IMG/VR virus record: IMGVR_UViG_3300027994_000009
Coordinates: 1-46,743 of that record
Reading direction: 5' to 3' (one strand)
Source of the DNA: a virus
Lineage: Duplodnaviria > Caudoviricetes
Length of the DNA stretch: 46,743 bases
Shown here: positions 26,553 through 37,070 of the stretch, in pieces
How positions within the stretch are numbered: position 1 is the stretch's first letter
Layout of the letters: every line of letters begins with the position of its first letter
Made by a program: the position numbers and the translations under genes
The notes under the pieces: generated by a model
Databases searched by the model: none
Seen by the model: the letters and a program-made list of their open reading frames with translations, nothing else
Told to the model about the DNA's origin: nothing

Positions 26553-26745
26553 ATTATGCAGTAAGATCTGCCTCTACTATATATCTAATCGACCGATCGT
26601 ACAATCCACTTAGAGTCTTCATGGTCAGGATTTAAGTAATCGTCCTGTGAAGCATCATAAAGGCCGAGGTTACCAATAAGGTGTCTTACCCGTGCAAGAC
26701 TTTCCTCACTCATTACGATTTCCATTGGTTCATTATGGAGTTCCA

Positions 26746-26988
26746 TTATTTTAACGTCTTCGTATCAACTACTAAACTAGCAGATTCTGTCTTACCTGCA
26801 CTCGCAATACTCGTTAGGATTGATATAAGTCCCGCCATGCCGCTTACAGACAATAGGACGACGATTTGTATATCTAATATTCCAAGCACACCAGAAGCCG
26901 TTAGAAGAGCTACAGCAGCTTGTGCGATTGTCTTGATTGATCGTTCGATTGCGTCTACCCAGAATGTTTTACTAGTTAAAAAGCTCAT
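26746..26988 (-). CDS. Holin, r1t-like family
   Basis: FWVDAIERSIKTIAQA..., two TM segments, next to endolysin. Confidence 0.85.
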   Translation of the reverse strand: MSFLTSKTFWVDAIERSIKTIAQAAVALLTASGVLGILDIQIVVLLSVSGMAGLISILTSIASAGKTESASLVVDTKTLK

Positions 26989-27710
26989 TATTTGTTCCTC
27001 ACAAACAGGGTGTCCCCTGCGTTTAAAATTGGTGTATAATTTCCCGTGGCTGGGTTGTTGATAGCTGAATTAACAGTTGTCGCTAGCCACTTCTGGAAAC
27101 CTTGTGCCTCAATACCACCATTAATAGTGGCGTAGAAGGCATTGTTAAGTTTTTGGTCTTTCCAATATTTCTCCCACTCATCGTCACAATCCCCATTAAG
27201 GGCGTTCTGTTTACTATATACTCCGTTGCGACCTAGTACCGAGTACCAAGTAATACGGAATGTTGTTAGGTCTACATTCTCCATTGTATTCTCCTCTATT
27301 ACTTTTACTTTACCAATCCACTCACTCCAACCCAAGTAGGTGCATGACCCGTTAGCCTTCGCGTATATCCGCATCAGATCTTCTATATTGGGGTGAATGT
27401 ATGCTGTTGAATGATACCCTGCCTGTGTAGATGAGGCTACACGCCCGTCTTCCAGCTGTATCGCGACATGGTCGTTAGGGTTATTACCTAGTTTGAAATA
27501 CACTGCCCCTCTAAGTCCTCTAGGAAGGGGTTCGTTGGGGTGGTTACCGTTATTAGCCTTCCAAGCAGCTGTGGCTGAAGGATACACACCAAATGTCGTA
27601 GGATTAGAAGGCGTTGGGAGTGTGGCTTGCCCTACAGTCCCCTCTACAAAACCTTCACATAGTCCACCTACGTAAGGGATGTCATAGTCTGGAAGAACTG
27701 ATTGTTGCAT
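26988..27710 (-). CDS. Endolysin, CHAP/NlpC-P60-like peptidase
   Basis: GLCEGFV (Cys), SATAAW, DHVAI (His); coupled to holin. Confidence 0.7.
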   Translation of the reverse strand: MQQSVLPDYDIPYVGGLCEGFVEGTVGQATLPTPSNPTTFGVYPSATAAWKANNGNHPNEPLPRGLRGAVYFKLGNNPNDHVAIQLEDGRVASSTQAGYHSTAYIHPNIEDLMRIYAKANGSCTYLGWSEWIGKVKVIEENTMENVDLTTFRITWYSVLGRNGVYSKQNALNGDCDDEWEKYWKDQKLNNAFYATINGGIEAQGFQKWLATTVNSAINNPATGNYTPILNAGDTLFVRNK

Positions 27711-27718
27711 AAGACTCC

Positions 27719-28375
27719 TTAATTACAAAGTAACTTTATACCGAGGACGTCTATTTTGCAAGACTCTTCAGGGGGAGGCGTGGTTTCTTTCTCTTGTGGT
27801 GCTGGAGGGGTGGGTTGCTCCTCTTGAAATGGAACAATAACAGTTTGTGGAGTAGGAATACTAAGAGTACTCGCGACAGGCTTAGCCCCAAGGATACGGA
27901 GTTGCTCATAAATGTTATTTAGTTGGGCACTCAGCTCTTGCCCTTTAATAGTAAAGACTTGGTCGGTGGTGTATTCGATCTTTACAGGTTCTCTTAAAAC
28001 AGAAGGATAGTAACGAGTGACAAACTTGAGTTTATACGTCCCGTCCTTAATGTGTGAAGGAATGTCGATGGTTCGTTTTACAACCGCGCAGCCTTTTTCT
28101 CCCAGATCATCCGTACTCGATAGGAATATGTCTGACTTAGTTGCATCAGTAGCATCTACAAAATACCTCGAAGCAGTGCCAGGTACGGCACTAGAAACGT
28201 TCTTACAGCGGTCTATGACAAATGACATTTCCCCACCAGCTTTAAAACTATCCCCTTCTATACGGACGCTATTAATTTTAAGCGGCTCTACAGGGGCAAG
28301 CAGAAGGAATAGAAAACCACCGACTAGTGCGATAAACAGTACTAGCAATGCCCTTGGGAGAGTAATGTATTTCAT
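27719..28375 (-). CDS. Membrane-anchored protein (218 aa)
   Basis: N-terminal TM, beta-rich domain, Pro-rich tail. Confidence 0.55.
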   Translation of the reverse strand: MKYITLPRALLVLFIALVGGFLFLLLAPVEPLKINSVRIEGDSFKAGGEMSFVIDRCKNVSSAVPGTASRYFVDATDATKSDIFLSSTDDLGEKGCAVVKRTIDIPSHIKDGTYKLKFVTRYYPSVLREPVKIEYTTDQVFTIKGQELSAQLNNIYEQLRILGAKPVASTLSIPTPQTVIVPFQEEQPTPPAPQEKETTPPPEESCKIDVLGIKLLCN

Positions 28376-28707
28376 GAGAATATACCAATCTTATTAATTT
28401 GACTAGCGACTGCCACGATTGCCCCGACGATAAGACCACCTATAAGTATCTGTGTCCATCGCGAGTTAAGAGCCGCAAAGAACTTCACAGCTGGTTTAGC
28501 GTTGTTCATGAAATTTTCAACGCTTTCCTTCCACAGAGCATATGCTTCTCTGTCCTTATCATAGTCTGATTTCGAAACGAAAGACATACCTTTAAGTGTT
28601 TTCTTGATATCTGTAAGAGTTGGAAGCACTGTCTCCTCCATCCGCTGATCTACACGGTTAACCTTATCCCGTAGGTCTTGGAAGTCCTTATCTGAATTAG
28701 TCTGCAC
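28372..28707 (-). CDS. Coiled-coil protein with C-terminal TM (111 aa)
   Basis: Hydrophobic C-terminus, lysis region. Confidence 0.55.
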   Translation of the reverse strand: MQTNSDKDFQDLRDKVNRVDQRMEETVLPTLTDIKKTLKGMSFVSKSDYDKDREAYALWKESVENFMNNAKPAVKFFAALNSRWTQILIGGLIVGAIVAVASQINKIGIFS

Positions 28708-29155
28708 TCGGGCACTCTATCTTCCATATTGCAGCCAGATCTACACACGAAGTCTCTACGCTCCAGGTACGCCATGTAGATAGCCTTGTCTCAAAGTCAC
28801 CAGTCTCAGGGTTAACGCGGCTATACTGTATAGGCGCATCCTGGCCGTCAACCCCATCTTTACCATCTGCGCCAATGAGACCCGCAAGGGGTACTTCTTT
28901 TACTATGACGGTATTAAAGCTTGTAGCGTTTATTCCAGGTTTCCCATCGGCTCCGTCTCGATAATCTATCCCCTTCTTGGGAGTGTATCCGTCTGCACCG
29001 TTGTAGACAACTGGACTCTTGGGAAGTTGAGAGACCTCTGACTTGAGGTCTGATAACTGCTCACGAGTCTGAATAGAATTACTAAAAGATACTATATTTA
29101 ATATAGCTAAGACTACTAGCCCGAAGGTTAGCGTCTTTCTCACTAGTTGCCCCAC
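28697..29155 (-). CDS. Membrane-anchored protein with short collagen-like repeats
   Basis: TM, then GADGYTP.KG.DY.DG and GADGKDGVDGQD. Confidence 0.6.
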   Translation of the reverse strand: MGQLVRKTLTFGLVVLAILNIVSFSNSIQTREQLSDLKSEVSQLPKSPVVYNGADGYTPKKGIDYRDGADGKPGINATSFNTVIVKEVPLAGLIGADGKDGVDGQDAPIQYSRVNPETGDFETRLSTWRTWSVETSCVDLAAIWKIECPSAD

Positions 29156-29484
29156 TCGAATAACATGGTAGGAGGAGAAGCCACATTAGTCGTAAGGTTA
29201 AAATTTATGTTGTTACCACTAAATCCAGTGTGAGTACCTTCTATAACAACCGTACCTGACGTATCTTTAATACGGATCGCTTTTGTAGTATTCATATTCT
29301 CCCCAGGTGCTGGAAAGCTATATTGAAACGATCCACCCACAAATGAGAACCCGTCGAAGTCTTTATAAGATGTGTTTCTAAGATGAATCTTCACCCACGT
29401 AAAGCCCGATGTCGCAACTCCCACATTAATAGACTTAGCACCTGTTCCCGCTGTAAATCCACCGCTACCACCGTCTGCTGCCAT
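29143..29484 (-). CDS. Hypothetical structural protein (113 aa)
   Basis: RBS, beta-rich composition. Confidence 0.5.
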   Translation of the reverse strand: MAADGGSGGFTAGTGAKSINVGVATSGFTWVKIHLRNTSYKDFDGFSFVGGSFQYSFPAPGENMNTTKAIRIKDTSGTVVIEGTHTGFSGNNINFNLTTNVASPPTMLFEWGN

Positions 29485-29501
29485 AATATCTCCCTTGTTA
29501 A

Positions 29502-30518
29502 TTAAGCTGCTTCGTAACTAAACGCACCAACAAAGTAGTCAGACGTTCCCCAAGTGAATGGGACTGTTGCTGAAAGACCACTATATTGACCGTACGTTGA
29601 AGCAGTACCTAGAATAGTTAATTTTGCTACTGTTGTTGAACCTATTTGAATGACTCCGTAGTATCCAGTAACACCGAAGTCTTCTATATAGTTGTTCCCA
29701 ACAATAGGTTGAAGTGGTGAAGTTGCATACCGTGCCGCACCTGTAACGGGAAGGCTAAGGGTTGGGTTTGAACCCATAGAGCTTGTTGAACCCATTTGGA
29801 AGGCGATGTTACACGTGATTGTTTTACCAATTTGGCTGTAGAATGCACTTACAGTTCCGTTACCCACAGTAAGGTTTGTCCATGTTGGTGTCCATGCTAC
29901 CCAGCTGCCTGTGTTAACTGTGTTACCGCCGACTTTTAGAACACCAGTTCCCTTAGGTGAAATACTAAAGTCGATGTTCGTATCACCACCTGTAGCTGTA
30001 AGTGTAGGAGCATTACCTGTTGCGCCGTTCGTAATAGTAAATTCATTCACTGCCGACGCGGTAGGGGTAAGCTTGAGAAGTTCGTTTCCGTTCGTGTCGT
30101 TAATGGCCGTAATAAATTTAGAGCTAGTAAGAGTAGAAGCTGAGGTAAGTGTATGTGCGCCTGTTTGCGTGTGCTCGACTAAGATTCCCTCGACTATAGA
30201 ATCAGCCCAGTCAGAAGTAGGAAGACAAACAACTATTGTTCCAATAGGGTAAATGTCATCTGAGCCACCAGTGAGCTGAAGTTGTGTAATCGTTGTACCG
30301 CTTACAATACCTACCCAGTCAGATTGTGACCCTGGAACGATGTTATTCTGCGTGTCGGTCGTGTATAGCTGGAAGTTAACAGGTGTGTCTGTTGGCCAAC
30401 CGTTAAGTGCGGCAGTGGAGATAGAAGAGGCAGCCAATGCTTTCTGTGCTGTGAGGGTTGTAGCTTCCGCTCTTGTACCGTTACTTGCTTTGTGGAATTT
30501 ATCCGTAATTAAGACCAT
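29502..30518 (-). CDS. Tail fibre/receptor-binding protein (338 aa)
   Basis: Thr/Gly-rich; W.AWTP..YSQIGK..LSLPV head-domain pattern. Confidence 0.65.
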   Translation of the reverse strand: MVLITDKFHKASNGTRAEATTLTAQKALAASSISTAALNGWPTDTPVNFQLYTTDTQNNIVPGSQSDWVGIVSGTTITQLQLTGGSDDIYPIGTIVVCLPTSDWADSIVEGILVEHTQTGAHTLTSASTLTSSKFITAINDTNGNELLKLTPTASAVNEFTITNGATGNAPTLTATGGDTNIDFSISPKGTGVLKVGGNTVNTGSWVAWTPTWTNLTVGNGTVSAFYSQIGKTITCNIAFQMGSTSSMGSNPTLSLPVTGAARYATSPLQPIVGNNYIEDFGVTGYYGVIQIGSTTVAKLTILGTASTYGQYSGLSATVPFTWGTSDYFVGAFSYEAA

Positions 30519-30539
30519 AGTTTATCCTTTTATGCTTTC

Positions 30540-30568
30540 ATTATAATTTTAGTTTAATCGTTATGCTA
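30540..30568 (-). promoter_or_regulatory. Late-type promoter
   Basis: TAGCATAAC-14-TATAAT. Confidence 0.45.
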
Positions 30569-32542
30569 ATCATCAGAATCAATTAGGCCGATAGTTACAT
30601 ACTCGATAATAACGTCAGACAGTTGGTAGGCTGTATTTGCAGTGGTCGTATCCACTGACCACGTCACCCAGTTCATATCTTCTTCGATTTCAATAGCGAT
30701 CTTTTCACGTGCGTTACCGTATGAGATAGGCACTTCTAAGGTAGTAGACCAAGGAAGAACAGACCATGCAGCCTCGCCCCAACCAACGGCGGTTGAGACA
30801 CTCGAGAACGAATCAGAACCCACTGTGGCTAGCTGAGCGTCTTCCGTTTTTCCAGACACAGCAACATTAATGATTCCCCTTGGTCGAAGGAATACAAACG
30901 TCACTCGTGTAACAGTTGCCCAGACTTCCCCGTCTTCTGAGAATCTTAACTGACCAGAGGTAATATTGGTCGGGAATGCAGCCATGTTATCCATCGTTGC
31001 CTGAGAATCTGTTAATTCAAAAATGATATTGTCTTTTAATACTAAGTGGTGTGTATTACCAAAATTATCTTCGTAAAGGCTCATCCAATCAGCTGAGATG
31101 TTAAACGGAAGCATCCATGCACCTTGTCGATCGAGGTCAAGTACCCAGATCTGGTTATTCGTAGCTGAGCCTACAGGAAGCGCCCAATAAATACGTCCAT
31201 CGTAAGCAAGACCGACGCATTCGTTCATAGCCTGAATATTAAGGTTCACTACGTCAGGTTGGATTGTTTCTGAGACTGTCGTAGTAGAGAGGATGTTCTG
31301 TAGTTGGGGCTTAGTTCCTGTCGTTTTGAAACCACCACGTGATGGATACCATAGGGCGTCTCGATATGAAACAACACCGTCGGGCGAGTCTGTTCCATCT
31401 TGGCCGTTGTCTTCTTTCACATCAAAGTAAGGGATAACTTCGTCTCCTACTGTCACAGAGGCATTTGTCATGGTGTAACGTTTACCCGCACCGTTTGTAC
31501 CGCGACATATAACCATTGGAGTCGGTGTACCTTGGCCTGTTCTAAAAGGCTTAACGACTACAGGGAACTCTTTTGTACCTCGTCCAATCTCTACCCAACC
31601 ACCACCACCATAAGGCGAGAAGTCTAACGCGGCGATTCCTGAGCCACCGTACCGCACATACCGAGGGTTGTCTGCATCCCCAGTGAGAAAAACCTGACCA
31701 TTAATAACCGTACCCCTTGTAACTTTTGGCCCTTCCGTCGTGTCGGAAACAGGTGCGGTGCGTGTCACATCTTTTGTGGCCGTCCCATCGTCTTTATAAG
31801 TAAGCCCCGTAATAGCAGAAGCAATGAGATACTGTTCGTCGGCCGTCTCACCTACGTATAGGTTGTAGCTTTGAGCACTTGGAACGGCACTCCAGCTAAC
31901 AGTCAAATAGTTTGTTGTCGAGTCCCACGCTCCACGAACGAGCGAAACCTGTTGACTAGCGATAGGGGATGCGGCAGTTTCACCAACTGTTGAGTTCGCG
32001 GTAATCGTATAGTAGTAAGTATAGGTAGTTCCAGAAAGCCCAGTAGGAACGATTGTGGGTATCGTAGGGGTCGCTAAAGCTACAAAAGGTACAACTGTTT
32101 GAGTTGGGATATTAACGTAGCTAAGAGCGTCTACGCCGTTCATAACAAGCATCTTGTCGTCTATTTGAACAAAATGAGCAGGAGCTGAGTTATCATACGT
32201 TTTGCCATTGAGGATAATCCAGTTTCCACCATCTTTAGAAATAGTCACCTTAGTAACATTAGATACGTTTTGAAGAGTGATAATCCATTTATCAAGAGTT
32301 ACAGAGTCCAAGAACTCACCAACCTCACCCAAGATAGTCCCTAGAGGTGTTTGGCCATACTGCACTAGAGAAGGTCGAGGACCAACCGTACCATCTTGGT
32401 ATACGAGCACGTTCGCCGCACCAACAAGCCCCTTAGAAGGAGTACGCCCAACGTCTAGTGTAGAATTGTAGCCTTCAATCCAAGAACGCGTACTTAAACG
32501 CTCGATCTTAGGGGGTTTAATCTGTTGAGGGATGAAGCTCAT
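30566..32542 (-). CDS. Podovirus tail nozzle/stabilisation-like protein (658 aa)
   Basis: Beta-propeller-like composition, follows adaptor-sized gene; positional inference. Confidence 0.6.
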   Translation of the reverse strand: MSFIPQQIKPPKIERLSTRSWIEGYNSTLDVGRTPSKGLVGAANVLVYQDGTVGPRPSLVQYGQTPLGTILGEVGEFLDSVTLDKWIITLQNVSNVTKVTISKDGGNWIILNGKTYDNSAPAHFVQIDDKMLVMNGVDALSYVNIPTQTVVPFVALATPTIPTIVPTGLSGTTYTYYYTITANSTVGETAASPIASQQVSLVRGAWDSTTNYLTVSWSAVPSAQSYNLYVGETADEQYLIASAITGLTYKDDGTATKDVTRTAPVSDTTEGPKVTRGTVINGQVFLTGDADNPRYVRYGGSGIAALDFSPYGGGGWVEIGRGTKEFPVVVKPFRTGQGTPTPMVICRGTNGAGKRYTMTNASVTVGDEVIPYFDVKEDNGQDGTDSPDGVVSYRDALWYPSRGGFKTTGTKPQLQNILSTTTVSETIQPDVVNLNIQAMNECVGLAYDGRIYWALPVGSATNNQIWVLDLDRQGAWMLPFNISADWMSLYEDNFGNTHHLVLKDNIIFELTDSQATMDNMAAFPTNITSGQLRFSEDGEVWATVTRVTFVFLRPRGIINVAVSGKTEDAQLATVGSDSFSSVSTAVGWGEAAWSVLPWSTTLEVPISYGNAREKIAIEIEEDMNWVTWSVDTTTANTAYQLSDVIIEYVTIGLIDSDD

Positions 32543-33264
32543 TAGTCATCCCATCCAAGTGGTTGGCCTGCCGAATTACCATACCAACCTGTAGCCGCAT
32601 AAGTAGCACCCCAAGACTCACCGAGAACAGATGGAGCCATAGGAATTTGATCTAGTTGGGCGTCATTCTTTTGCTTCATCTTAATCATAATGTTATTCGC
32701 TTTTTGAATGAGAGCTGGGTACTGAGAAAGCTTCGTAACAGTGTTACGTACCTGTTCTGCAGCGACAGCGTATACAAGCCAGTTAGGATCATCGACTAAA
32801 ATGTCGTCGTTAGGATTAATAAGCGGATCGAGTTTCAGCGTAACAGGGACAATAACTTCACCGCCGTACTCGTTGTCTCCTGATACGAACGTTCGGGCGA
32901 ATACTAGTTCTCCATCTATCACCGTACAAGTGTTGTTATAACGGTACTGTCTAAATTCCTCTGGTGTGACGAGTGACCAGTAGCTTACGTTTCCATTTGT
33001 ACCTGTAATAGTTATATAGTCGCCTTCACGCTTTGAAAACTCGTAGATGTCCTCGTCCATATCAACGCGGTCAGACGTAATGTTTCCTAGAGATAATCTC
33101 TGATAACGACTGTTCCATTGAATATCTGGTTCAGAAAGCCAATCATCCTGAAGAACATTAGCAAGTGCTAAGAACTTAGTGTAGCGCGGTGACGTTGGGG
33201 CTAGAATAGCCGTTTTACCGTTGCTTGTGAGGTAGACTTTTTGAATAAATTGAGTAACGTTCAT
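32542..33264 (-). CDS. Head-tail adaptor-like protein (240 aa)
   Basis: Size and position before nozzle gene. Confidence 0.5.
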   Translation of the reverse strand: MNVTQFIQKVYLTSNGKTAILAPTSPRYTKFLALANVLQDDWLSEPDIQWNSRYQRLSLGNITSDRVDMDEDIYEFSKREGDYITITGTNGNVSYWSLVTPEEFRQYRYNNTCTVIDGELVFARTFVSGDNEYGGEVIVPVTLKLDPLINPNDDILVDDPNWLVYAVAAEQVRNTVTKLSQYPALIQKANNIMIKMKQKNDAQLDQIPMAPSVLGESWGATYAATGWYGNSAGQPLGWDD

Positions 33265-33282
33265 GAGTATTTTCCTGTCTTA

Positions 33283-33311
33283 ATTATAGGTATATGCATA
33301 TGGTTATCCTA
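33283..33311 (-). promoter_or_regulatory. Late-type promoter
   Basis: TAGGATAAC-14-TATAAT. Confidence 0.45.
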
Positions 33312-36300
33312 CCTTCTGGGCTTTAATGCCTTTTCCAGCAGAAGAAAGTAGCTTACGAATCGCAGCAGTTGACTGAGTACGCTTAAACCCACCACTCGCT
33401 GGAGCTTTAAATCCAACACGTCGAGTACCACTACTTGCAGTCTTTTTTACAGATGAGCTAGGAACTTTTGAAGTATCAACTGCGCTTTTTGCGGTTTCTT
33501 TCTTCTTGTCATCGGCAGCGTCTGCCTTAGCTTGCTCTGGAGATATAAGGTAGTCTTCTATACTCCGTGTACCGTCTGCAAGTGCTTGCTGGTTTTTTGT
33601 AAGTTTGGTTGGCTCATACTTATCATTAGGATTTTCAGTGTCTGCCTTATTATAAAGTACAGCCTGTATGTCGGTCTGTAGTCTATTTAATGCTTTTGCT
33701 CTCTCTTCTTGTGGCAATTCTTTATAGCCATCGGTTTGAGTAAGTTCTTTTCGTGCTTTATCGAATGTATCTGTGATTGCGTCTTTTGTCTGTTTGGCAG
33801 TAGCACCATAAAAACGTCCTGTAATAGACTCTTCGATTGTTTTACCTTGAACTTCTGAAGGGGCGATCGACCCTGTGGCGGCAAGTAGAGAGTCGACTTT
33901 ATTGACAATGTTTTGACCAGCTCCACCAGCAGATGTCTTTATAGCGTTATCAATAACTCTTGGGGAAGTATTTGTCAGCTTACCTACCACTTTAGCGGTT
34001 CCACTTGTGTAATCACCGTACTGTTCAGCTGCGGGAAGGTTCCTTTGGCTCTCTGGGACAACATCACTACCTGTGTATAGATTCTGGTTAGTCAAGGTTT
34101 CGATCGCTGGCTTGAGTGCCTGAGGTATAACTTTATTGGCTATATCTCTACCTGATCCTACATCAATAGAGGTTGTTGTACCGATAAGGTCTCCGAGGAC
34201 TTTCCCAATATTAACTTCACCGTTACCTGTGGCTGTCTCAAGAGCAGAGCGAGCAATATTATTAAGCCCTGCAATCTCTTGAGATACGGGGATCTTGATG
34301 ACGTTCCAACGTCCAGTTTCAGGGTCTTTTACTGGATGCTCTGGTACGATGATAATGTTTCCTTCTTTTTCGTAGTCAGATATATCCTCGTATGCTGCGA
34401 GTCTTTCAGGATCAGAAAGATTCCAAGCCGTCGTTGTTAGGACGGGGAGTGTACCGAGCAGTGCAACCTTGGTAACTGTCTGAACGGGGTGTTTAGTTAG
34501 AGTACGGTTGAATGTCCGCGCTCCTTGTATTCCAGCGTTAAGGTACGGTAACGCGCTGTTGAGGACTGCACCCCATTCTCCAGCTCTAGCAAAGTTCACT
34601 GTGTTGTTCCGAGCAGCGTTAGCTCCGTATCGAACGGCATCAGGCGCGCTCAGACCCTTAGCGAGGGCTGCGTCTTTGTTTCCATAGTACTGAAGGGCAC
34701 GGCTAAACTCTTCACTTCGTCCGATAATATTTTCAACTGCGCGCAAGAGTTCTCCTGGATGAGTAGCTGTATACGCTATGTTGGTGGCCGCATTCTTTTC
34801 AGCCCTAATACGTTTAACCGTTTGAACTGGGGCATCTCTAGCAATATCGAACGAAGTACCACCAGCACCTTCGCGTACTAGTTCTTTATAAGACTTACTG
34901 TTATGGTTCAACGCCGAGGCCGCGGCGCGTTTCATTACCGTTGGGTTGAATACAGATGAACGTAGGGGATGTTCAGAGTTAATAGCCGCAGACACAAGGT
35001 CTTTGGCGACGTTAGCAAGCGTAAATCCTACGTTAACGCCAGTAGCACCCAACCTTAGTACGCGAGTAGGAATACGAACAATCTTACCTAGCAAGCCAAT
35101 CTGCTCTTTATTTAGCGCCTTAGCAGCAGCTGCAATCTCGGGAGACGTCTCGAATCGTTTCACTTTACCGTTATCTAAGTAAGATATAACAGACTTCGAG
35201 CCTACTGTCTCATCAGGCTTCATCTCTCTAAGGTTGAAAGGGTTATCCTTCAGATCTTTGTAGCTAGCGAGAATAGCGGCGGCCTTGTTTCGTTCACCTT
35301 GAGCAATAACATCTGTTGTCTTATTTGCAATGGACGCTAGTGGACTTTCTATATCCCGTTCTGATCCCTTAATGCGTTGGACAACTGTCTGCTGACCAAT
35401 AGAAGCCTTGCCACCACCTATCAGCTTTGAAGTATTAATTTCATCTTCGCCGAAAATGCGATTCGCTGGTACATAGTTTGGATATTTTTTCTTTAACCCG
35501 TCCGCGAGTTCTTTAGATATAAGTCCGTACTCCACGCTTAGGTCAAGCAACCCATCGTTGTAAGATTTTATTTCCTGGGAATATTGCTCATATTTTGGAC
35601 CTAGTTGCTGAACTAACTTTGCATCGGAATCTAGGTTACGCCCTGTTTTAACACCATTTGCTTCCAAGTCGGCAGCATGTTTCGCAATAAGATACTGGTC
35701 AAACTCATTTGTGTCAGGAACTTTTTGGATCACCTTTGCTAGACCCCTATCGTTTATATATTGTCCTGCGATAGTATCTGCTCTGATGGCGCGGTCAAGC
35801 TGCGGCGTAATATGGTTAGCGTCGCTAATTTGAATGTTCGCACCATCTTTATTGGCACGCTTAAGAGTACCTTCAATAGGTGCAAAACTGTCGATAAGCT
35901 TAGTGTTAATTTCGTTTTTAACCTTTGAAATGCCCGTTAGTGATTTCTGACCCCGAGATTCTTTTTGTGAGTTAATTTGATCACGAATGTATCTTTGGAC
36001 ACTTATATCTTCAGTAGGAACTAAGCTCTCAGTACTGGGCTGGGTGGGGACTTGTTCTGGAACAATACCTTCAACTGGGATTGTTTCTTGTTGGCTTTGC
36101 TCTAGTTTGTTGGATTGTGGCAACGGTTCTTGGCCGTCCGAAAGGTTAGGTGTCTCCTTCTTTCCTCCTGGTATTTGAATAGATCCGTTCTGAGCTACTC
36201 TACGTTCAATAGCTTTACGGGTATTTGTTTTCTCTACCATTAACTGGGCCATTGCTTTGGATACATCCCGACGAGCTGGAGAGCCAGCGGGCAGTGTGTC

Positions 36301-37056
36301 GAATTTCTGGGCTAGGTTGCTGTACTCTGTATCATACTGCAGAACTGCAGGATGCTGAGAGGCAACAACTGATGGTCTAGTCTCGTTAACGGCTTTTGCG
36401 GTTCCCTTAGAAACTGCGCGTGCGAGGGGTGCAGCTACATCTAGTGCACCTTGAGTTACTCCACTAAGTAAAGCGGCTTGTCCACCCTTTTTAAGAGCTT
36501 CACCTAGATCGCCTCCTTGTCCTAATACCTGAGCGCCTGTTGCAAGTCCTTGTGTACCCCCATAGAAAGCGGTGTCTTTTGCTGCAGTCTTTAGTATCTC
36601 TTTAGCACCTGCTCCTCTCGCTAGGGCTACTGGGTTAAGAAGAGAGGTGGCGTCGATACCGAGCTGTGCGCTCTTTCCAGCGACATTAAGTATATCTTTA
36701 ATATCACCACGGCCTGTAGCTATCTTTGTGGCGCTCTCATCCACGTCGCTCGTTCCGATAATGTTGTTACCTTCGATGTCTTTTTGACTTTGGATAAGTT
36801 TTCTAAACTGTTCTGCACCCTTACCACTAGCGAGGCTTTTATCCAACTCGAGAGTTTGTGCAGCTTTTTGCTGAGCATTAAGGAAAGGGTTAGTCTTAAT
36901 ACCAAGGTCACCAATAACACCCCCCCCTTGTACCGCGAGGTCTGCCAAACCACCTGCACCCTGTTGGACACCTGCACCTACCGTTTTAGCGAAGTTGCCA
37001 AGGTTTCCTAGAAGCTGGTCTAAAAACGACTCTTTCTTTTTCTTGGTATCGGCCAC
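33304..37056 (-). CDS. Large internal virion/ejection protein with LPD38-like domain (1250 aa)
   Basis: VNFARAG..PYLNAGIQG, YEDISDYEKEGNIII..IKIP, P.IE.LTN.N. Confidence 0.65.
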   Translation of the reverse strand: MADTKKKKESFLDQLLGNLGNFAKTVGAGVQQGAGGLADLAVQGGGVIGDLGIKTNPFLNAQQKAAQTLELDKSLASGKGAEQFRKLIQSQKDIEGNNIIGTSDVDESATKIATGRGDIKDILNVAGKSAQLGIDATSLLNPVALARGAGAKEILKTAAKDTAFYGGTQGLATGAQVLGQGGDLGEALKKGGQAALLSGVTQGALDVAAPLARAVSKGTAKAVNETRPSVVASQHPAVLQYDTEYSNLAQKFDTLPAGSPARRDVSKAMAQLMVEKTNTRKAIERRVAQNGSIQIPGGKKETPNLSDGQEPLPQSNKLEQSQQETIPVEGIVPEQVPTQPSTESLVPTEDISVQRYIRDQINSQKESRGQKSLTGISKVKNEINTKLIDSFAPIEGTLKRANKDGANIQISDANHITPQLDRAIRADTIAGQYINDRGLAKVIQKVPDTNEFDQYLIAKHAADLEANGVKTGRNLDSDAKLVQQLGPKYEQYSQEIKSYNDGLLDLSVEYGLISKELADGLKKKYPNYVPANRIFGEDEINTSKLIGGGKASIGQQTVVQRIKGSERDIESPLASIANKTTDVIAQGERNKAAAILASYKDLKDNPFNLREMKPDETVGSKSVISYLDNGKVKRFETSPEIAAAAKALNKEQIGLLGKIVRIPTRVLRLGATGVNVGFTLANVAKDLVSAAINSEHPLRSSVFNPTVMKRAAASALNHNSKSYKELVREGAGGTSFDIARDAPVQTVKRIRAEKNAATNIAYTATHPGELLRAVENIIGRSEEFSRALQYYGNKDAALAKGLSAPDAVRYGANAARNNTVNFARAGEWGAVLNSALPYLNAGIQGARTFNRTLTKHPVQTVTKVALLGTLPVLTTTAWNLSDPERLAAYEDISDYEKEGNIIIVPEHPVKDPETGRWNVIKIPVSQEIAGLNNIARSALETATGNGEVNIGKVLGDLIGTTTSIDVGSGRDIANKVIPQALKPAIETLTNQNLYTGSDVVPESQRNLPAAEQYGDYTSGTAKVVGKLTNTSPRVIDNAIKTSAGGAGQNIVNKVDSLLAATGSIAPSEVQGKTIEESITGRFYGATAKQTKDAITDTFDKARKELTQTDGYKELPQEERAKALNRLQTDIQAVLYNKADTENPNDKYEPTKLTKNQQALADGTRSIEDYLISPEQAKADAADDKKKETAKSAVDTSKVPSSSVKKTASSGTRRVGFKAPASGGFKRTQSTAAIRKLLSSAGKGIKAQKVG

Positions 37057-37070
37057 ATGAAACTCCTTTG

